From positions 78,275 through 142,274 of the forward strand of contig CAZPHC010000012.1 of assembly GCA_964586155.1 (NCBI GenBank): DNA of 64,000 nucleotides, given 5' to 3'. The position numbers and the translations under genes are program-made. A model generated the notes under the pieces. That model was not told the DNA's origin and did no database searches. It saw only the letters and a program-made list of their open reading frames with translations. This document shows positions 37,996 through 48,274 of this stretch, in pieces (position 1 is the stretch's first letter; each line of letters begins with the position of its first letter). This stretch comes from an uncultured Enterobacteriaceae bacterium (GTDB lineage: Bacteria > Myxococcota_A > UBA9042).

Positions 37996-40900
37996 TCAAG
38001 GCATCGTGATCTGGGTCGGCACGTTGCGGTCGGTCGTGGTGCCGTCGCCGACCTGGCCGATGGAGTTGGAGCCCCAGCAGTAGACGCGACCGTCCTTCTG
38101 CACCATGCACGGCGTCTGGCCGAAGGTGGACATCGCGCGCATCCACAGCTTCTCGCCGACGACCTTGACCGTCGTGCCCAGCACCGTCGTGTTGTTGCCG
38201 TCGCCGATCTGGCCCTGCGTGCCGAGGCCCCAGCAATGCAGCCATTCGCCGCTGTCCATGGCGCACGTGGCGGCGGTGCCGGCGCCGACGACGCCGCGGT
38301 TGTTGAGGCTGGTCATGACCTTGACCGGCACGTCGCTGTTGATCGTCGTGCCGTTGCCGAGCTGGCCGGAGCCGTTGTAGCCCCAGCACCAGAGCTCGTT
38401 GGCCGTCGTCTGGGCGCAATAGTGGCGGAATCCCGCGGCGAGCGCCTTGAACTTGGCGCCCACGTCGACGTTGACCGGTCCGTAGGTGCCGGCGGGCTGC
38501 GGCCCCGCGCCAAGCTGGCCGTGGGCGTTGCTGCCCCAGCAGCGGATGGCGCCGCTGGCGCGCAGCACGCAGGTCGAGTCGACGCCGATCGCGACCTTGA
38601 CCGCGTCGCTGACGCCGTCGACGTAGAGCGGCGTCGACTTGACCCCCGACAGCTTGCTGCCGTTGAGCTGGCCGGCGGTGCCCACGCCCCAACACGCGAC
38701 GTGGCCCTGCTCGAAGACGACGCAGGCATGCTGCATGCTCACCGAGACGTCGACCGCGCCCGTGGTGCCGGCGCGCTTCTGCGGTGTGGCGTAGGTGCTG
38801 GACCCGTTCGCTGCGACGAGGCTGTAACCGTTGTTGCCCCAGCACCAGACATCGCGGGTGCCCTGGGCATCCTTGACCAGGGCGCACGCGGTCGAGCCCG
38901 TGCCGGCGAGCGCGACGTCGAGCGGCGTGCCGGAGATCGAGACGAGCGCAGGCTTGCTCCGATCGCCGAGGTCGCCGTCGCCGATGACGCCGGCGCCACC
39001 CGCTCCCCAGCAGGAGAGCTTGCCGTTGAAGATCGCGCAGCTGTTCAAGGTGCTGCCGGCCAGCACGCCGGTCGCGCCGCCGGTCGACAGGCAGGCGCCC
39101 TTGCCGTCGCACTTGAAGCCGCCGCCGCAGTCGACGCCATAGAGCACCGGGGCCTGGGCGCAGCTGCCGTCCGGGTTGCAGCTCGCCACGGTGCAGAGCT
39201 CGCCGTCGTCGCACTTGCTGGTGCCGAGGCAGAGGCCGCTCTTGCAGGTGGTGTCGCTGGTGCAGGCGTTGCCGTCGTCGCAGACCGCGCCGTCGTTGGC
39301 GGGCACGTGGGTGCAGAGCGCCGACTCGCTGCAGGCGTCGACGGTGCAGGGGTTGCTGTCGGCGCAGTCGAGCGCGCTGCCCTTGCACGCGCCGGCGGCG
39401 TCGCAGGCGTCGTTCTCGGTGCATTTGCTGCCGTCGTCGCAGGCCGCGCCCTTGGCCAGGGCCTTGTGCACGCAGACGTTCGAGGCGCAGGTGTCGGCGG
39501 TGCAGCCGTCCTTGTCGTCGCAGTCGGCGTCGAAGTCGCAGACCTTGGTGCCGCCGACGCAGAGGTCCTTGCCGCCGCCGCAGCTGCCGGCCGCATCGCA
39601 GGTGGTGGCGCCGGTGCAGGCGACGCCGTCGTCGCAGGCGCCGCCCGCGGCGATGGCCTTGTGGCTGCAAGCGCCGGTCTTGGCGTCGCAGAGGTCGGCG
39701 GTGCACGGCTTGCCGTCGTCGCAGCTCGACGGCGCCAGGCAGCTGCCGTTGGCGGCGCATTGGCCGATCGCGGTGCAGATGTCGCCGTCGTCGCAGGCCG
39801 TCTTCTGCGGCAGCGGCGCGCCCTTGCTGCAGGCGCTCTTGGTGCAGGCGCCGACGTCGGTGCACGGGTCTCCGTCGTCGCAGAGGTTGCCGTCGTTGAC
39901 GGGGGTGTTGGTGCAACCGGCCACGGCGTCGCAGGCGTCGAAGGTGCAGCCGTTGGCGTCGTCGCAGTCGGCGAAGGCCTTGCCCAGGCAGCCGCCGACC
40001 GCCGAGCACGGCGCGTTGCCGAAGGCGTCGGTGCGGATGATCTGCGGCGAGCCGCCCGCGTAGCCGGCGCCAGCGAAGCCGCCGTCGGGCATCGCCTTCC
40101 ATTGGCGCACCACACCGCTGACGGTCTTGTCGCCCAGATCGGTGCCGAAGGCGTCGAGCCGCAGCAGGCCGGACTTGCCGTTCAGCGTGCCGCCGAGCAC
40201 GACGGTGTCGCCCACCGGGAGGACGTCCTGCATGAAGGTCGTTCCCGACGCCGGGCGGTAGGTCCGATCCCAACGCAGCTTGCCGCCCTCGGTGAGCGAG
40301 CGCACCCAGATGAGCTGCGCCGTGGTGCCTGCGACCGTCTGCGCGCTCTTGCCGGCGACGACGGCGCCGAAGCTCGTCCAGCCGCAGCCGTGGACCGTCG
40401 TGGCGTTGCTCGACTTGGCCACATCGCTCCAGAGCAGCTTGCCGGTCTTGTCGAAGCGGCCTGCCACGGTATGCGCCTCCTCGAGCGAGGAGTTGGCGTT
40501 GGTCACGGTCGTGTTGCCGCAGGCGAGCCAGCCCCCGTCGCTGTGGGCGTCGATGTCGGCGGGCTCGTCGGCGTTGCCGAAGCTGGTGCGCGTGTTGGAA
40601 AGGACCTTGTCCTGGGAGGAGCCGTCGGCCTTGGTCGCCAGGGTGTAGACCGAGAACTGCCGCGGGTTCTTGGTGTTGTCGCCTTCGAAATCACGGGCCA
40701 GCACCAGCAGGCTCACCGCGCCGGCGGGCACGGCCATCGCGCGCGGATCGGTCGTGGTGCCGCCGATGTAGATGCGGGTCTGGGCCTTGCCGTCGAGGAA
40801 GCGGCGCATCGCGGCGCGGCGGTTGGTGACGGGCGGGTCGCTCGAGCCGCTGACGTTGCATTGGTTCGCCACGCCCTTGACCTTGCAGTTGCCGTTGCAA

Positions 40901-43900
40901 TCCGGGGCGCCGGTCATGCCGCTGATGTCGGGGATCGAGGCGAGCACGGCGGTCGAGCCGTCCTTGAGGGCGCCGGCGTCGACCGCGAGGTACCAATCGG
41001 TCTTGTCGCCGTCGCCGAGCGGGATGTGGTTCTTGGTGGTCTTGCAGCCCGCGACGACCTCGTTCCAACCGAAGTAGCTCAGCGCGGTGCCGACGGGGTG
41101 GTAGTCCTGGGCGTAGATCGCGTTGGTCTTGCGGTTGTTGAGCTGGACGGTGGCCTCGCCGGCGCCGAAGACGCCGCCGTCGGGGTGGGTGGCCAGCACG
41201 CGGAAGCTCGCCAGCTGGGACTCGAAGCGCGCCTTCTCGGCCAGGCCGCCGCCGCCGCGGTCGTATTCGCCGCAGCACTCGTCCTTGGCGGCGAGCGCGA
41301 TGGTCCAGGCGGCCTGGTAGTCGCCGCCGCAGACGCCGGACTTGCAGGTGCCCATCACCACGCAGGGCCCGCTGGCGTTGGCGCAGGCCGCGCCCTCCTG
41401 CTTGGCCGGGTAGCTGCACTTGCCGGTCTTGGGATCACAGCCAGCGTTGACCAGGCAGGGGTCGCTGTCCGGGCACGGCGCCGACAGCACCGAGTCTGAG
41501 GTGCACTGGCCCTTGCTGCAGCTCTCGTTCTTGGTGCAGAGGCTGTCGTCGGCGCAGTCGGCCTTGGTCTTGAGGAAGCACGCGCCGGAGTCGGCGCAGG
41601 CGAGGTGGCCGAAGTTGTCGGGATGCTTCATCGCGCAGCCACCCTGGCCCAGCGAGATCAGGCTGTCGGCGCCGTCGGCGAAGATGCGGGCGCCGACCTC
41701 GAGGCCGTCGATCGCGCTGCCCGCGGCCGCCGCCGGGGTCGCGAACGTGGTCACCCCCTTGGCGTCGAGCAGCGACGCCTGGCTGGCCGACACGGCGTAG
41801 CCGCCGCCCGGGCGTGCGCGGACGTCGGTCGCCGTGCCGCCGCCGCCGAACCCGATCGTCGTCGTCGGGTTGCCGTTCTTGTCGAAGACGCGCAAGACCT
41901 TGTCGCCGACGACGCTCTCGCCGCCCGCGAGCGCGAGCACCGCGAGGTAGCGGCGGGCGTCGCTGGCGTCGCCGTCGATGCGCTCCTTGACCACCGCGCC
42001 GTCGGCGGCGAGCCGCAGCAGCCAGCCGGCGTAGGCGCCGACGGTGCCGACCGCGGTGAAGCCGCCATCGTCCGTGGCGACGATCGCGCGCAGGCGGTCG
42101 TCGACGACGGTGCCGAGCGCCTTGTCCCAGGCGACCTTGTCGGCCTTGTCGAGCCGGACGAGCCAGCCGTCGTCGCCGCCGGCGCCCTTGCTCTGGTTGA
42201 CGCCGACGAGCAGGTGGCCGCCGTCGGCGGTCGGTGCCAGATCGTAGAAGACCTCGTCGTTGCTGCCGCCGAGGACCAGCGCGGTCGTCACGGTGGCCTC
42301 GCCGGCGACGCGGACGAACAGGCCGTCGCGGCCGCCGACGGCGCCGTCGCGGGTGTGGCCGACGGCGACCAGGCCGGACTTGCCGCGGATGCCGGTCCAG
42401 AGCATGCCGTGATCCTTGCTCGGCAGCGTCCAGGTGTTGCCGGGCTTGCCGGCGAAGTTCAGCTGCATCCAGGCGGGCTCCCAGACGCCCTGGACGTTCT
42501 GCAGCCGGCCGAAGACGAACCACTCGCCGCCGTCGCCGGCGACGATGTCGCCGCAGGAGGCCGGCACGCCGAGGCCGCTCTGTTGCCAGGGCCGCGCGAT
42601 CGCGCCCTCGCAGCGGCCGGCCTTGCACACGCCCTGCGTCTGGCACTCGGCGGCGTCGCCGCAGGCCTTGCCGTCGCTCGTCGGCGCGTGGGCGCAGCCG
42701 GACTTCGGGTTGCAGCTGTCGGCGGTGCAGGGCTGGTCGTCGTCGCAGTCGAGCGCGGCGCCGCCCTGGCAGACGCCCGAGGCGCATTTGCTGCCGACGG
42801 TGCAGGCGTCACCGTCCTCGCAGGCCGCCGTGCTGGAGGTGTGCTGGCAGCCGAGGGCGGCGTTGCAGGCGTCCTGGGTGCAGGCGTTGCCGTCGTCGCA
42901 GTCGAGCGGCACCGAACCGACGCATTTGAGCGCGTTGTCGCATGTGCTGACCTTGGTGCAGACGCTGTTGTCGTCGCAGACGTCGCCGGGCTTGAGCGCG
43001 ACGGTGGTGCAGGTCTTCTTGGCCTCGTCGCAGAGGAAGTCGTTGCAGCCGGACTTGGCGCTGCAGGCCGGGCCGGTGACGACGCAGATGCCTGCGGTGC
43101 ACTGGTTGTTGGTGCACCACTTGCCGTCGTCGCAGAAGTGGTGGTTCTCGACGCCGGAGCCGTGGGTGAGCTTGAGGTAGGTGCAGCCGGCCGCGGCGTC
43201 GCAGGCGTCGCTGGTGCAGGCGTTGCCGTCGTCGCAGTCGACCTTGACGTTGATCGCCTTGCCGGTGCAGGCGCCGTTGCTGCAGGCGTCGTCCTTGGTG
43301 CACGCGTTGCCGTCATTGCACGGCGCGGTGTTGAGGGTGTGGACGCAGCCCTTGGCCTTGTCGCAGCTGTCGGTGGTGCAGACCAGGCCGTCATCGCAGC
43401 CGAGGGCCTTGAAGCTCAGGCATTTGGTGCCGACGCAGGTGTCCTGCAGGGTGCAGGCGTTGCCGTCGTCGCAGATGCCGCCGTGCGGCGTGTAGACGCA
43501 GCCCTTGGACGGCACGCAGGCGTCGATGGTGCAAGGCGTGCCTTCTTTGCAGACCACGGCCGAGCCGGTGCAGGTGCCCTTGAGGCAGGCGTCGTCGCTG
43601 GTGCAGAGGCTGCCGTCATCGCAGGGCGCGCCCGTCTGCGGCGCGTGCAGGCAGCCTTTGTAGTCGTCGCACGAATCGGTGGTGCAGGCATCCTTGTCGT
43701 CGCAGTCGACGTCGGCGCCGGTGGTGCAGGTGCCCTCGTTGCACAGCGGCACGCCGGTGCAGAGCGTGCCGTTGCCGCACGGCGACTTGTTGTTGATGGC
43801 CGTGAGCTTGCACTTGCCGTCGGCCTTGTCGCAGCGGTTCTCCAGGCACGGCGTGTCGCCGTCGTTCTGGCAGGTGACGACGGTCGCGAGGTCGACGGCG

Positions 43901-46221
43901 CACTTGCTGTCGGCGCCACATTTGAGCACGCCGTTGCAGGGGTTGCCGTCGTCCATCGCGGCGCAGTCGGCGTTGGTCTGGCATTGGCAGGAGCTGGGGC
44001 CGGCCTCGCAGGCGCCCTTCTGGCATGTGTCGCCGCTGGTGCAGTCGCTGCCGTCGGCGTCGCAGGCCTGGCCGTCGTTGCGCGGCGTCAGGGCGCACTT
44101 GCCGGTCTTGGGCTCGCATTGGTTGACGACGCAGAGCGTGTCGTCCTGCGGCGAGCAGTAGACCTTGGTCGCGGGGTTGACCTGGCAGGTCTTGCTGACG
44201 CCGTTGCAGTAGAGCTTGGCGCAGAGATCGGTCGATTGCTTGCCGGCGCAGTCGTCATCCTTCTGGCATTCGCAGACGTTGCTGCCGGCCTTGCAGCTGC
44301 CCTGGTAGCAGAAGTCGTCCTTGGTGCAGCTGTTGCCGTCGGCGTCGCAGGCGAAGCCGTCGTTGCGGGGTTGTAGCGCGCATTGGCCGGTCTTGGGCTG
44401 GCAGGTGTTGGCGGCGCAGACGGTGTCGTCGACGGTCGGGCAAGTCACGACGCTGGCCGGGTTGAGCTGGCACTCGCTCTTGGCCTTGTTGCAGAAGAGC
44501 GTGCCGTTGCAGAGGTCGCCGTCGTCGAGCTTGGCGCAGTCGGCGTCCTCGCTGCAGGCGCAGGTGTTGGCGCTGGCGGTGCAATTGCCTTTGGCGTCGC
44601 AGACCTCGCCGACGGTGCAGGTGTTGCCGTCGTCGCAGGACTCGCTGACGTGGGCCGGCATCATCACGCAGTCGCCGGTGGTCGGCTGGCAGGTGTTCTT
44701 GGCGCAGTAGCTGTCGCCGACGGTCGGGCAGCTGACGACGCTCGCCGGGTTGAACTCGCAGCTGCCGCTGGCCTGGTTGCAGAAGGCTACGCCGTTGCAG
44801 AGGTTGCCGTCGTCGGCGGCCTTGCAGTCGGCGTCGGAGCTGCACTTGCAGACGTCGGTGCCGGGCTTGCAGCTGCCGGCGAGGCAGGCGTCGCCCTTGG
44901 TGCAGACCTCCCCGTCGTCGCAGGCGGTCTTGTTCGGCAGCTCGGTCATGGCGCAGGTGCCGGTACTCTTGTTGCACTGGTTCTTGCTGCAGGCGGTGTC
45001 CTTGGCGTTGTTGCAGACGACGACGGTGGCCGGGTTGATCGCGCATTGGAACGGCGCTTGGGCCTTGTTGCAGAACAGCGTGCCGTTGCACGGGTCGGCG
45101 TCGTTCTGGCCGGCGCAGTCGGCGTCGGTCAGGCAGGCGCAGGTGGCGCTGCCGCCGGCGCAGCCGCCCTTGCCGTCGCATTGGGTGCCGGTGGTGCAGA
45201 GGTTGCCGTCGTCGCAGGCCTGGCCCTGCGGCACGGGGATGGCCGTACAGGCGCCCTTGTCCTCGTCGCAGGCGTTGACGACGCAGGGCTCGTCCGAGGC
45301 CGCGCAGGTGACGACGGTGGCCGGGTTGATCGTGCAGGTGCCGGTCTTGAGCTCGCAGAAGAGCGTGCCGTTGCAGAGCTTGCCGTCCTCGAAGCCGGCG
45401 CAGTCGCTGTCGGCCTTGCAGGCGCAGCTGTTGCTGCCGCCCTGGCACGCGCCGTCGGCATCGCAGGCGTCGTCCTTGGTGCAGGCGTTGCCGTCGTCAC
45501 AGGCCACCTTGGCGGCGCCGGCCTTGTGCGCGCATTTGCCGCTCTCGGGCAGGCAGAGGTCTGCCGTGCACGGGTTGCCGTCGTCGCAGTCCTTGGCCGC
45601 TCCGGCGGCGCAGACGCCGCTGAAGCAGGTCTCCTTGTAGGTGCAGGCGTTGCCGTCGTCGCAGACCACGTCTTCGTTGACGGCCTCGTGGGCGCAGTCG
45701 CCGGTCTTGGGCACGCAGGCATCCGCGGTGCAGACGTTGCCGTCGTCGCAGCTCTTGATCCCCGAGCCGACGCATTGGCCGGCCTGGCAGGCCCCGCCCA
45801 GCGAGCACGACGACACCGGGGTGCAGGTGGCGCCGTCGGCGGCGGCGACCTGGGCGCACTGGCCGTCGACGCAGGTCGCCACCTGGCACGGGGCCGTCGC
45901 GGCGGGGCAGTCGGCGTCCTTGGCGCAGGCCTGGGGGGCCGCATCTGGCGCGGTGTCCGACGTGCCGGTCTCGGCGGCGTCGGCGAGCGTGTCGCTGGAC
46001 GCGGTGTCGGCGCTGTTCGTGTCGGCGCTGTTCGTGTCGGCGCCGATCGTGTCGAGCGTGGCGTCGGTCCCGGCCACCTCGGCCTGCGACGCGCCGTCGG
46101 CCGTGTCGGCGTTGCCGCTCGCCCCGCCGGGGCTGGTCGCCTCGCCAGCGCAGCCTGCCAGACCGAAGGCGGCGCACGCGGCGGCGCAAAGGAGCCAGGA
46201 GGCCCTGTTTGCCATGTTCAT
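37996..46221 (-). CDS. Giant (2741 aa) secreted lipoprotein with dozens of Cys-rich CxDDGNxCT-type repeats and C-terminal RCC1-like beta-propeller repeats
   Basis: Single uninterrupted ORF. Lipobox FGLAGC. Cys-rich repeats of ~35-45 aa run for about 1100 aa. The C-terminal ~400 aa has at least 6 RCC1/BLIP-II-type repeats (CWGxNxxGQLGxG). Confidence 0.8.
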   Translation of the reverse strand: MNMANRASWLLCAAACAAFGLAGCAGEATSPGGASGNADTADGASQAEVAGTDATLDTIGADTNSADTNSADTASSDTLADAAETGTSDTAPDAAPQACAKDADCPAATAPCQVATCVDGQCAQVAAADGATCTPVSSCSLGGACQAGQCVGSGIKSCDDGNVCTADACVPKTGDCAHEAVNEDVVCDDGNACTYKETCFSGVCAAGAAKDCDDGNPCTADLCLPESGKCAHKAGAAKVACDDGNACTKDDACDADGACQGGSNSCACKADSDCAGFEDGKLCNGTLFCELKTGTCTINPATVVTCAASDEPCVVNACDEDKGACTAIPVPQGQACDDGNLCTTGTQCDGKGGCAGGSATCACLTDADCAGQNDADPCNGTLFCNKAQAPFQCAINPATVVVCNNAKDTACSKNQCNKSTGTCAMTELPNKTACDDGEVCTKGDACLAGSCKPGTDVCKCSSDADCKAADDGNLCNGVAFCNQASGSCEFNPASVVSCPTVGDSYCAKNTCQPTTGDCVMMPAHVSESCDDGNTCTVGEVCDAKGNCTASANTCACSEDADCAKLDDGDLCNGTLFCNKAKSECQLNPASVVTCPTVDDTVCAANTCQPKTGQCALQPRNDGFACDADGNSCTKDDFCYQGSCKAGSNVCECQKDDDCAGKQSTDLCAKLYCNGVSKTCQVNPATKVYCSPQDDTLCVVNQCEPKTGKCALTPRNDGQACDADGSDCTSGDTCQKGACEAGPSSCQCQTNADCAAMDDGNPCNGVLKCGADSKCAVDLATVVTCQNDGDTPCLENRCDKADGKCKLTAINNKSPCGNGTLCTGVPLCNEGTCTTGADVDCDDKDACTTDSCDDYKGCLHAPQTGAPCDDGSLCTSDDACLKGTCTGSAVVCKEGTPCTIDACVPSKGCVYTPHGGICDDGNACTLQDTCVGTKCLSFKALGCDDGLVCTTDSCDKAKGCVHTLNTAPCNDGNACTKDDACSNGACTGKAINVKVDCDDGNACTSDACDAAAGCTYLKLTHGSGVENHHFCDDGKWCTNNQCTAGICVVTGPACSAKSGCNDFLCDEAKKTCTTVALKPGDVCDDNSVCTKVSTCDNALKCVGSVPLDCDDGNACTQDACNAALGCQHTSSTAACEDGDACTVGSKCASGVCQGGAALDCDDDQPCTADSCNPKSGCAHAPTSDGKACGDAAECQTQGVCKAGRCEGAIARPWQQSGLGVPASCGDIVAGDGGEWFVFGRLQNVQGVWEPAWMQLNFAGKPGNTWTLPSKDHGMLWTGIRGKSGLVAVGHTRDGAVGGRDGLFVRVAGEATVTTALVLGGSNDEVFYDLAPTADGGHLLVGVNQSKGAGGDDGWLVRLDKADKVAWDKALGTVVDDRLRAIVATDDGGFTAVGTVGAYAGWLLRLAADGAVVKERIDGDASDARRYLAVLALAGGESVVGDKVLRVFDKNGNPTTTIGFGGGGTATDVRARPGGGYAVSASQASLLDAKGVTTFATPAAAAGSAIDGLEVGARIFADGADSLISLGQGGCAMKHPDNFGHLACADSGACFLKTKADCADDSLCTKNESCSKGQCTSDSVLSAPCPDSDPCLVNAGCDPKTGKCSYPAKQEGAACANASGPCVVMGTCKSGVCGGDYQAAWTIALAAKDECCGEYDRGGGGLAEKARFESQLASFRVLATHPDGGVFGAGEATVQLNNRKTNAIYAQDYHPVGTALSYFGWNEVVAGCKTTKNHIPLGDGDKTDWYLAVDAGALKDGSTAVLASIPDISGMTGAPDCNGNCKVKGVANQCNVSGSSDPPVTNRRAAMRRFLDGKAQTRIYIGGTTTDPRAMAVPAGAVSLLVLARDFEGDNTKNPRQFSVYTLATKADGSSQDKVLSNTRTSFGNADEPADIDAHSDGGWLACGNTTVTNANSSLEEAHTVAGRFDKTGKLLWSDVAKSSNATTVHGCGWTSFGAVVAGKSAQTVAGTTAQLIWVRSLTEGGKLRWDRTYRPASGTTFMQDVLPVGDTVVLGGTLNGKSGLLRLDAFGTDLGDKTVSGVVRQWKAMPDGGFAGAGYAGGSPQIIRTDAFGNAPCSAVGGCLGKAFADCDDANGCTFDACDAVAGCTNTPVNDGNLCDDGDPCTDVGACTKSACSKGAPLPQKTACDDGDICTAIGQCAANGSCLAPSSCDDGKPCTADLCDAKTGACSHKAIAAGGACDDGVACTGATTCDAAGSCGGGKDLCVGGTKVCDFDADCDDKDGCTADTCASNVCVHKALAKGAACDDGSKCTENDACDAAGACKGSALDCADSNPCTVDACSESALCTHVPANDGAVCDDGNACTSDTTCKSGLCLGTSKCDDGELCTVASCNPDGSCAQAPVLYGVDCGGGFKCDGKGACLSTGGATGVLAGSTLNSCAIFNGKLSCWGAGGAGVIGDGDLGDRSKPALVSISGTPLDVALAGTGSTACALVKDAQGTRDVWCWGNNGYSLVAANGSSTYATPQKRAGTTGAVDVSVSMQHACVVFEQGHVACWGVGTAGQLNGSKLSGVKSTPLYVDGVSDAVKVAIGVDSTCVLRASGAIRCWGSNAHGQLGAGPQPAGTYGPVNVDVGAKFKALAAGFRHYCAQTTANELWCWGYNGSGQLGNGTTINSDVPVKVMTSLNNRGVVGAGTAATCAMDSGEWLHCWGLGTQGQIGDGNNTTVLGTTVKVVGEKLWMRAMSTFGQTPCMVQKDGRVYCWGSNSIGQVGDGTTTDRNVPTQITMP

Positions 46222-46426
46222 GTGATCCCCCAGGCGCCTGCCCCGCCCCTCCGTCGAGCGACCTGGCGCGTCGCGTCGGCACGGGGCCCCAGGGCAGATC
46301 GTCGCGTCCTACGCTGGGAGATTGGCAGATGCGCCCACGCGCTGCCAGACGTGACCAGACCGTGTCCAGATCTGGTCATCCAAGGCCGGCAACAGCGCTC
46401 GAGCGGGCGCAGACGCCCTGCGGGGC

Positions 46427-47554
46427 TCAGCGTGCGGCGGCCGTCCGACCGTCGGCCAGCGCGGCGACGGCCTCACCGCTGACGACGTCGTCGCAGAGCC
46501 CGGCGCGGACCAGCGCTTCGCCGCCCGCCCAGGGGCGCGGCGTGACGACGAAGACGTGCTCGACGTTGCGGCTGCGGCCCGGCTTGCCGACGACCTTGCC
46601 GCTGGGATCGTAGATGCCGATCTTCGAGCCGACGTAGCGCTCGTGGCCGCGTCGCAGCACCTGCACGTGGCCGCGTCCCAGCAGCAGCCGCGCCATCGCC
46701 GGGGCCGAGATCGCGCCCTCGTCGGAGAAGCTGACGACCAGGCGCTCGGCGGCGACGCGCTCGACCAGGGCCTGCATCGTCGCGGCGATCTGGCGCTTGG
46801 AGTTGAAGGCGCTGCGCCGCTGCTGCACGTCGACGCGCTTGCAGGCGACGCCGAAGGTCTCGGGTTGATCCCAGCGCACCAGCGTCTCCCAGACGTGGTA
46901 GTTGCCGAGGTAGCTGTGCTGGTTGTAGGGCGGGTCGAGGTAGGCGACGTCGGCGTCGAGCCCGGCGGCGTCGAGCGCGTCGAGCCGATGCGCCTCGCAG
47001 GGGCCAAAGCGCGAGGCCGGCAGCAGCTCGGGCAGACGCAGCGCGACCGGCCGCAACGCCCGCGGCGCCCACTGCTTGAGGTAGGCCATCTGCACGCCGA
47101 CGGTCGAGTCGACGCGGTCTGCGGCCTCCATCAGCGCGGTCAGCAGCACCGCTTCGAGCACGGGTTCCAGGGCCCAACGCGCGATCTGCTCGCGCATCGC
47201 CTCGATCCTCGCGGCGTTGTCCGGGTGCAGGTAGCGAGCCCGCTCGGCGTAGGTCGCCGTGAACCAGCCCGCGCGCGGCGGAACTGCGGCCAACTCGGCC
47301 AGCAGCCGCGTCACGTCCGCAGCGACGCGCTCGCGATCGGCGACGACGTGGCAGCGGGCCAGGACCTCGGCGTAGGCGTTGTGATCGTTCGAGCGGACAC
47401 GAAAGCCCTCGGCCTTGAGCGCGTGGCCGACGCGCGCGGTGCCCGAGAAGACGTCGAGCACGGTGCGCACCGGAGCGTCGGCCTCGTCGAGCCCGGCGAC
47501 CGTCGCGCAGATCAGCGGCAGCAGCGCACGCTTGGACCCGAGGTATTTGATCAT
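46427..47554 (-). CDS. dam: N6-adenine DNA methyltransferase, Dam/D12 class
   Basis: 375 aa. N-terminal YLGSKR (AdoMet region) and catalytic DPPY. The start overlaps the stop of the upstream ORF (ATGA). Confidence 0.8.
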   Translation of the reverse strand: MIKYLGSKRALLPLICATVAGLDEADAPVRTVLDVFSGTARVGHALKAEGFRVRSNDHNAYAEVLARCHVVADRERVAADVTRLLAELAAVPPRAGWFTATYAERARYLHPDNAARIEAMREQIARWALEPVLEAVLLTALMEAADRVDSTVGVQMAYLKQWAPRALRPVALRLPELLPASRFGPCEAHRLDALDAAGLDADVAYLDPPYNQHSYLGNYHVWETLVRWDQPETFGVACKRVDVQQRRSAFNSKRQIAATMQALVERVAAERLVVSFSDEGAISAPAMARLLLGRGHVQVLRRGHERYVGSKIGIYDPSGKVVGKPGRSRNVEHVFVVTPRPWAGGEALVRAGLCDDVVSGEAVAALADGRTAAAR

Positions 47555-48114
47555 CGGCCCGAGGTGCCGGGCGGCGGAGCGGCGTCCGTCTTGTCCCCGA
47601 CCTCGGAGATGCCGTGCACGCGATCGACGTTGACGTAGAGCTCCGGCAGCGTGTCGACGAGGTCGGACTGGCCGCCGCCGCGCTCGGCGTGGATCGCGGC
47701 GCCTTCGACGCGGACGAAGCTGTGCGAGGCGCGCATCGCGTCCCAGACCCGCGCGCCGTCACGGACCTGCACGGTGCCGACGATGCTGACGCGGTCGAGC
47801 ATCAGCAGCACGCGGCGACGAGGCAGGGGCGTCGCCATGCGCGCGCGGGCTTCGGCGATCGCCGAGCGCTGGTCGCCGGTGACGTCGCCCGGCAGGACCA
47901 GGCTGACGGCGGCGACGCGCAGGTCCAAGTCACCGAGGTGCTCGCGTCGACCCGAGAGGTAGGCGTTGACCACGCGCAACATGCCGTCGTGGTCGTTCAG
48001 GGCGTCGAGAACGCTGCGGCGCGGCGGCAACTCGATGTGTCCGCGCACCCAGCCGAGGTTGGAGGCCAACCTGGCGGGATACCGCGAGCGTTCGTCTGCA
48101 TGGGCCATCATCAT
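47551..48114 (-). CDS. Hypothetical protein, translationally coupled upstream partner of the Dam-family methyltransferase
   Basis: About 188 aa from the MMMAH start with GGAG upstream (the listed ORF extends to 48276). No recognisable nuclease or HTH motif. Confidence 0.4.
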   Translation of the reverse strand: MMMAHADERSRYPARLASNLGWVRGHIELPPRRSVLDALNDHDGMLRVVNAYLSGRREHLGDLDLRVAAVSLVLPGDVTGDQRSAIAEARARMATPLPRRRVLLMLDRVSIVGTVQVRDGARVWDAMRASHSFVRVEGAAIHAERGGGQSDLVDTLPELYVNVDRVHGISEVGDKTDAAPPPGTSGR

Positions 48115-48274
48115 CACTCCTGCCACCGCCACCGCTGCCCCTCGGATGCGCTGGAGTGTAGAAAGCGAGCGGTCCCGGGTCCAGCAATGCGGCCGGACTT
48201 TGCAAATCCTCGCATTTCTGCCAAGCCGACGATGGACGACACAGACGGCCGCACGTGGCCACCCGGGATCGCAC

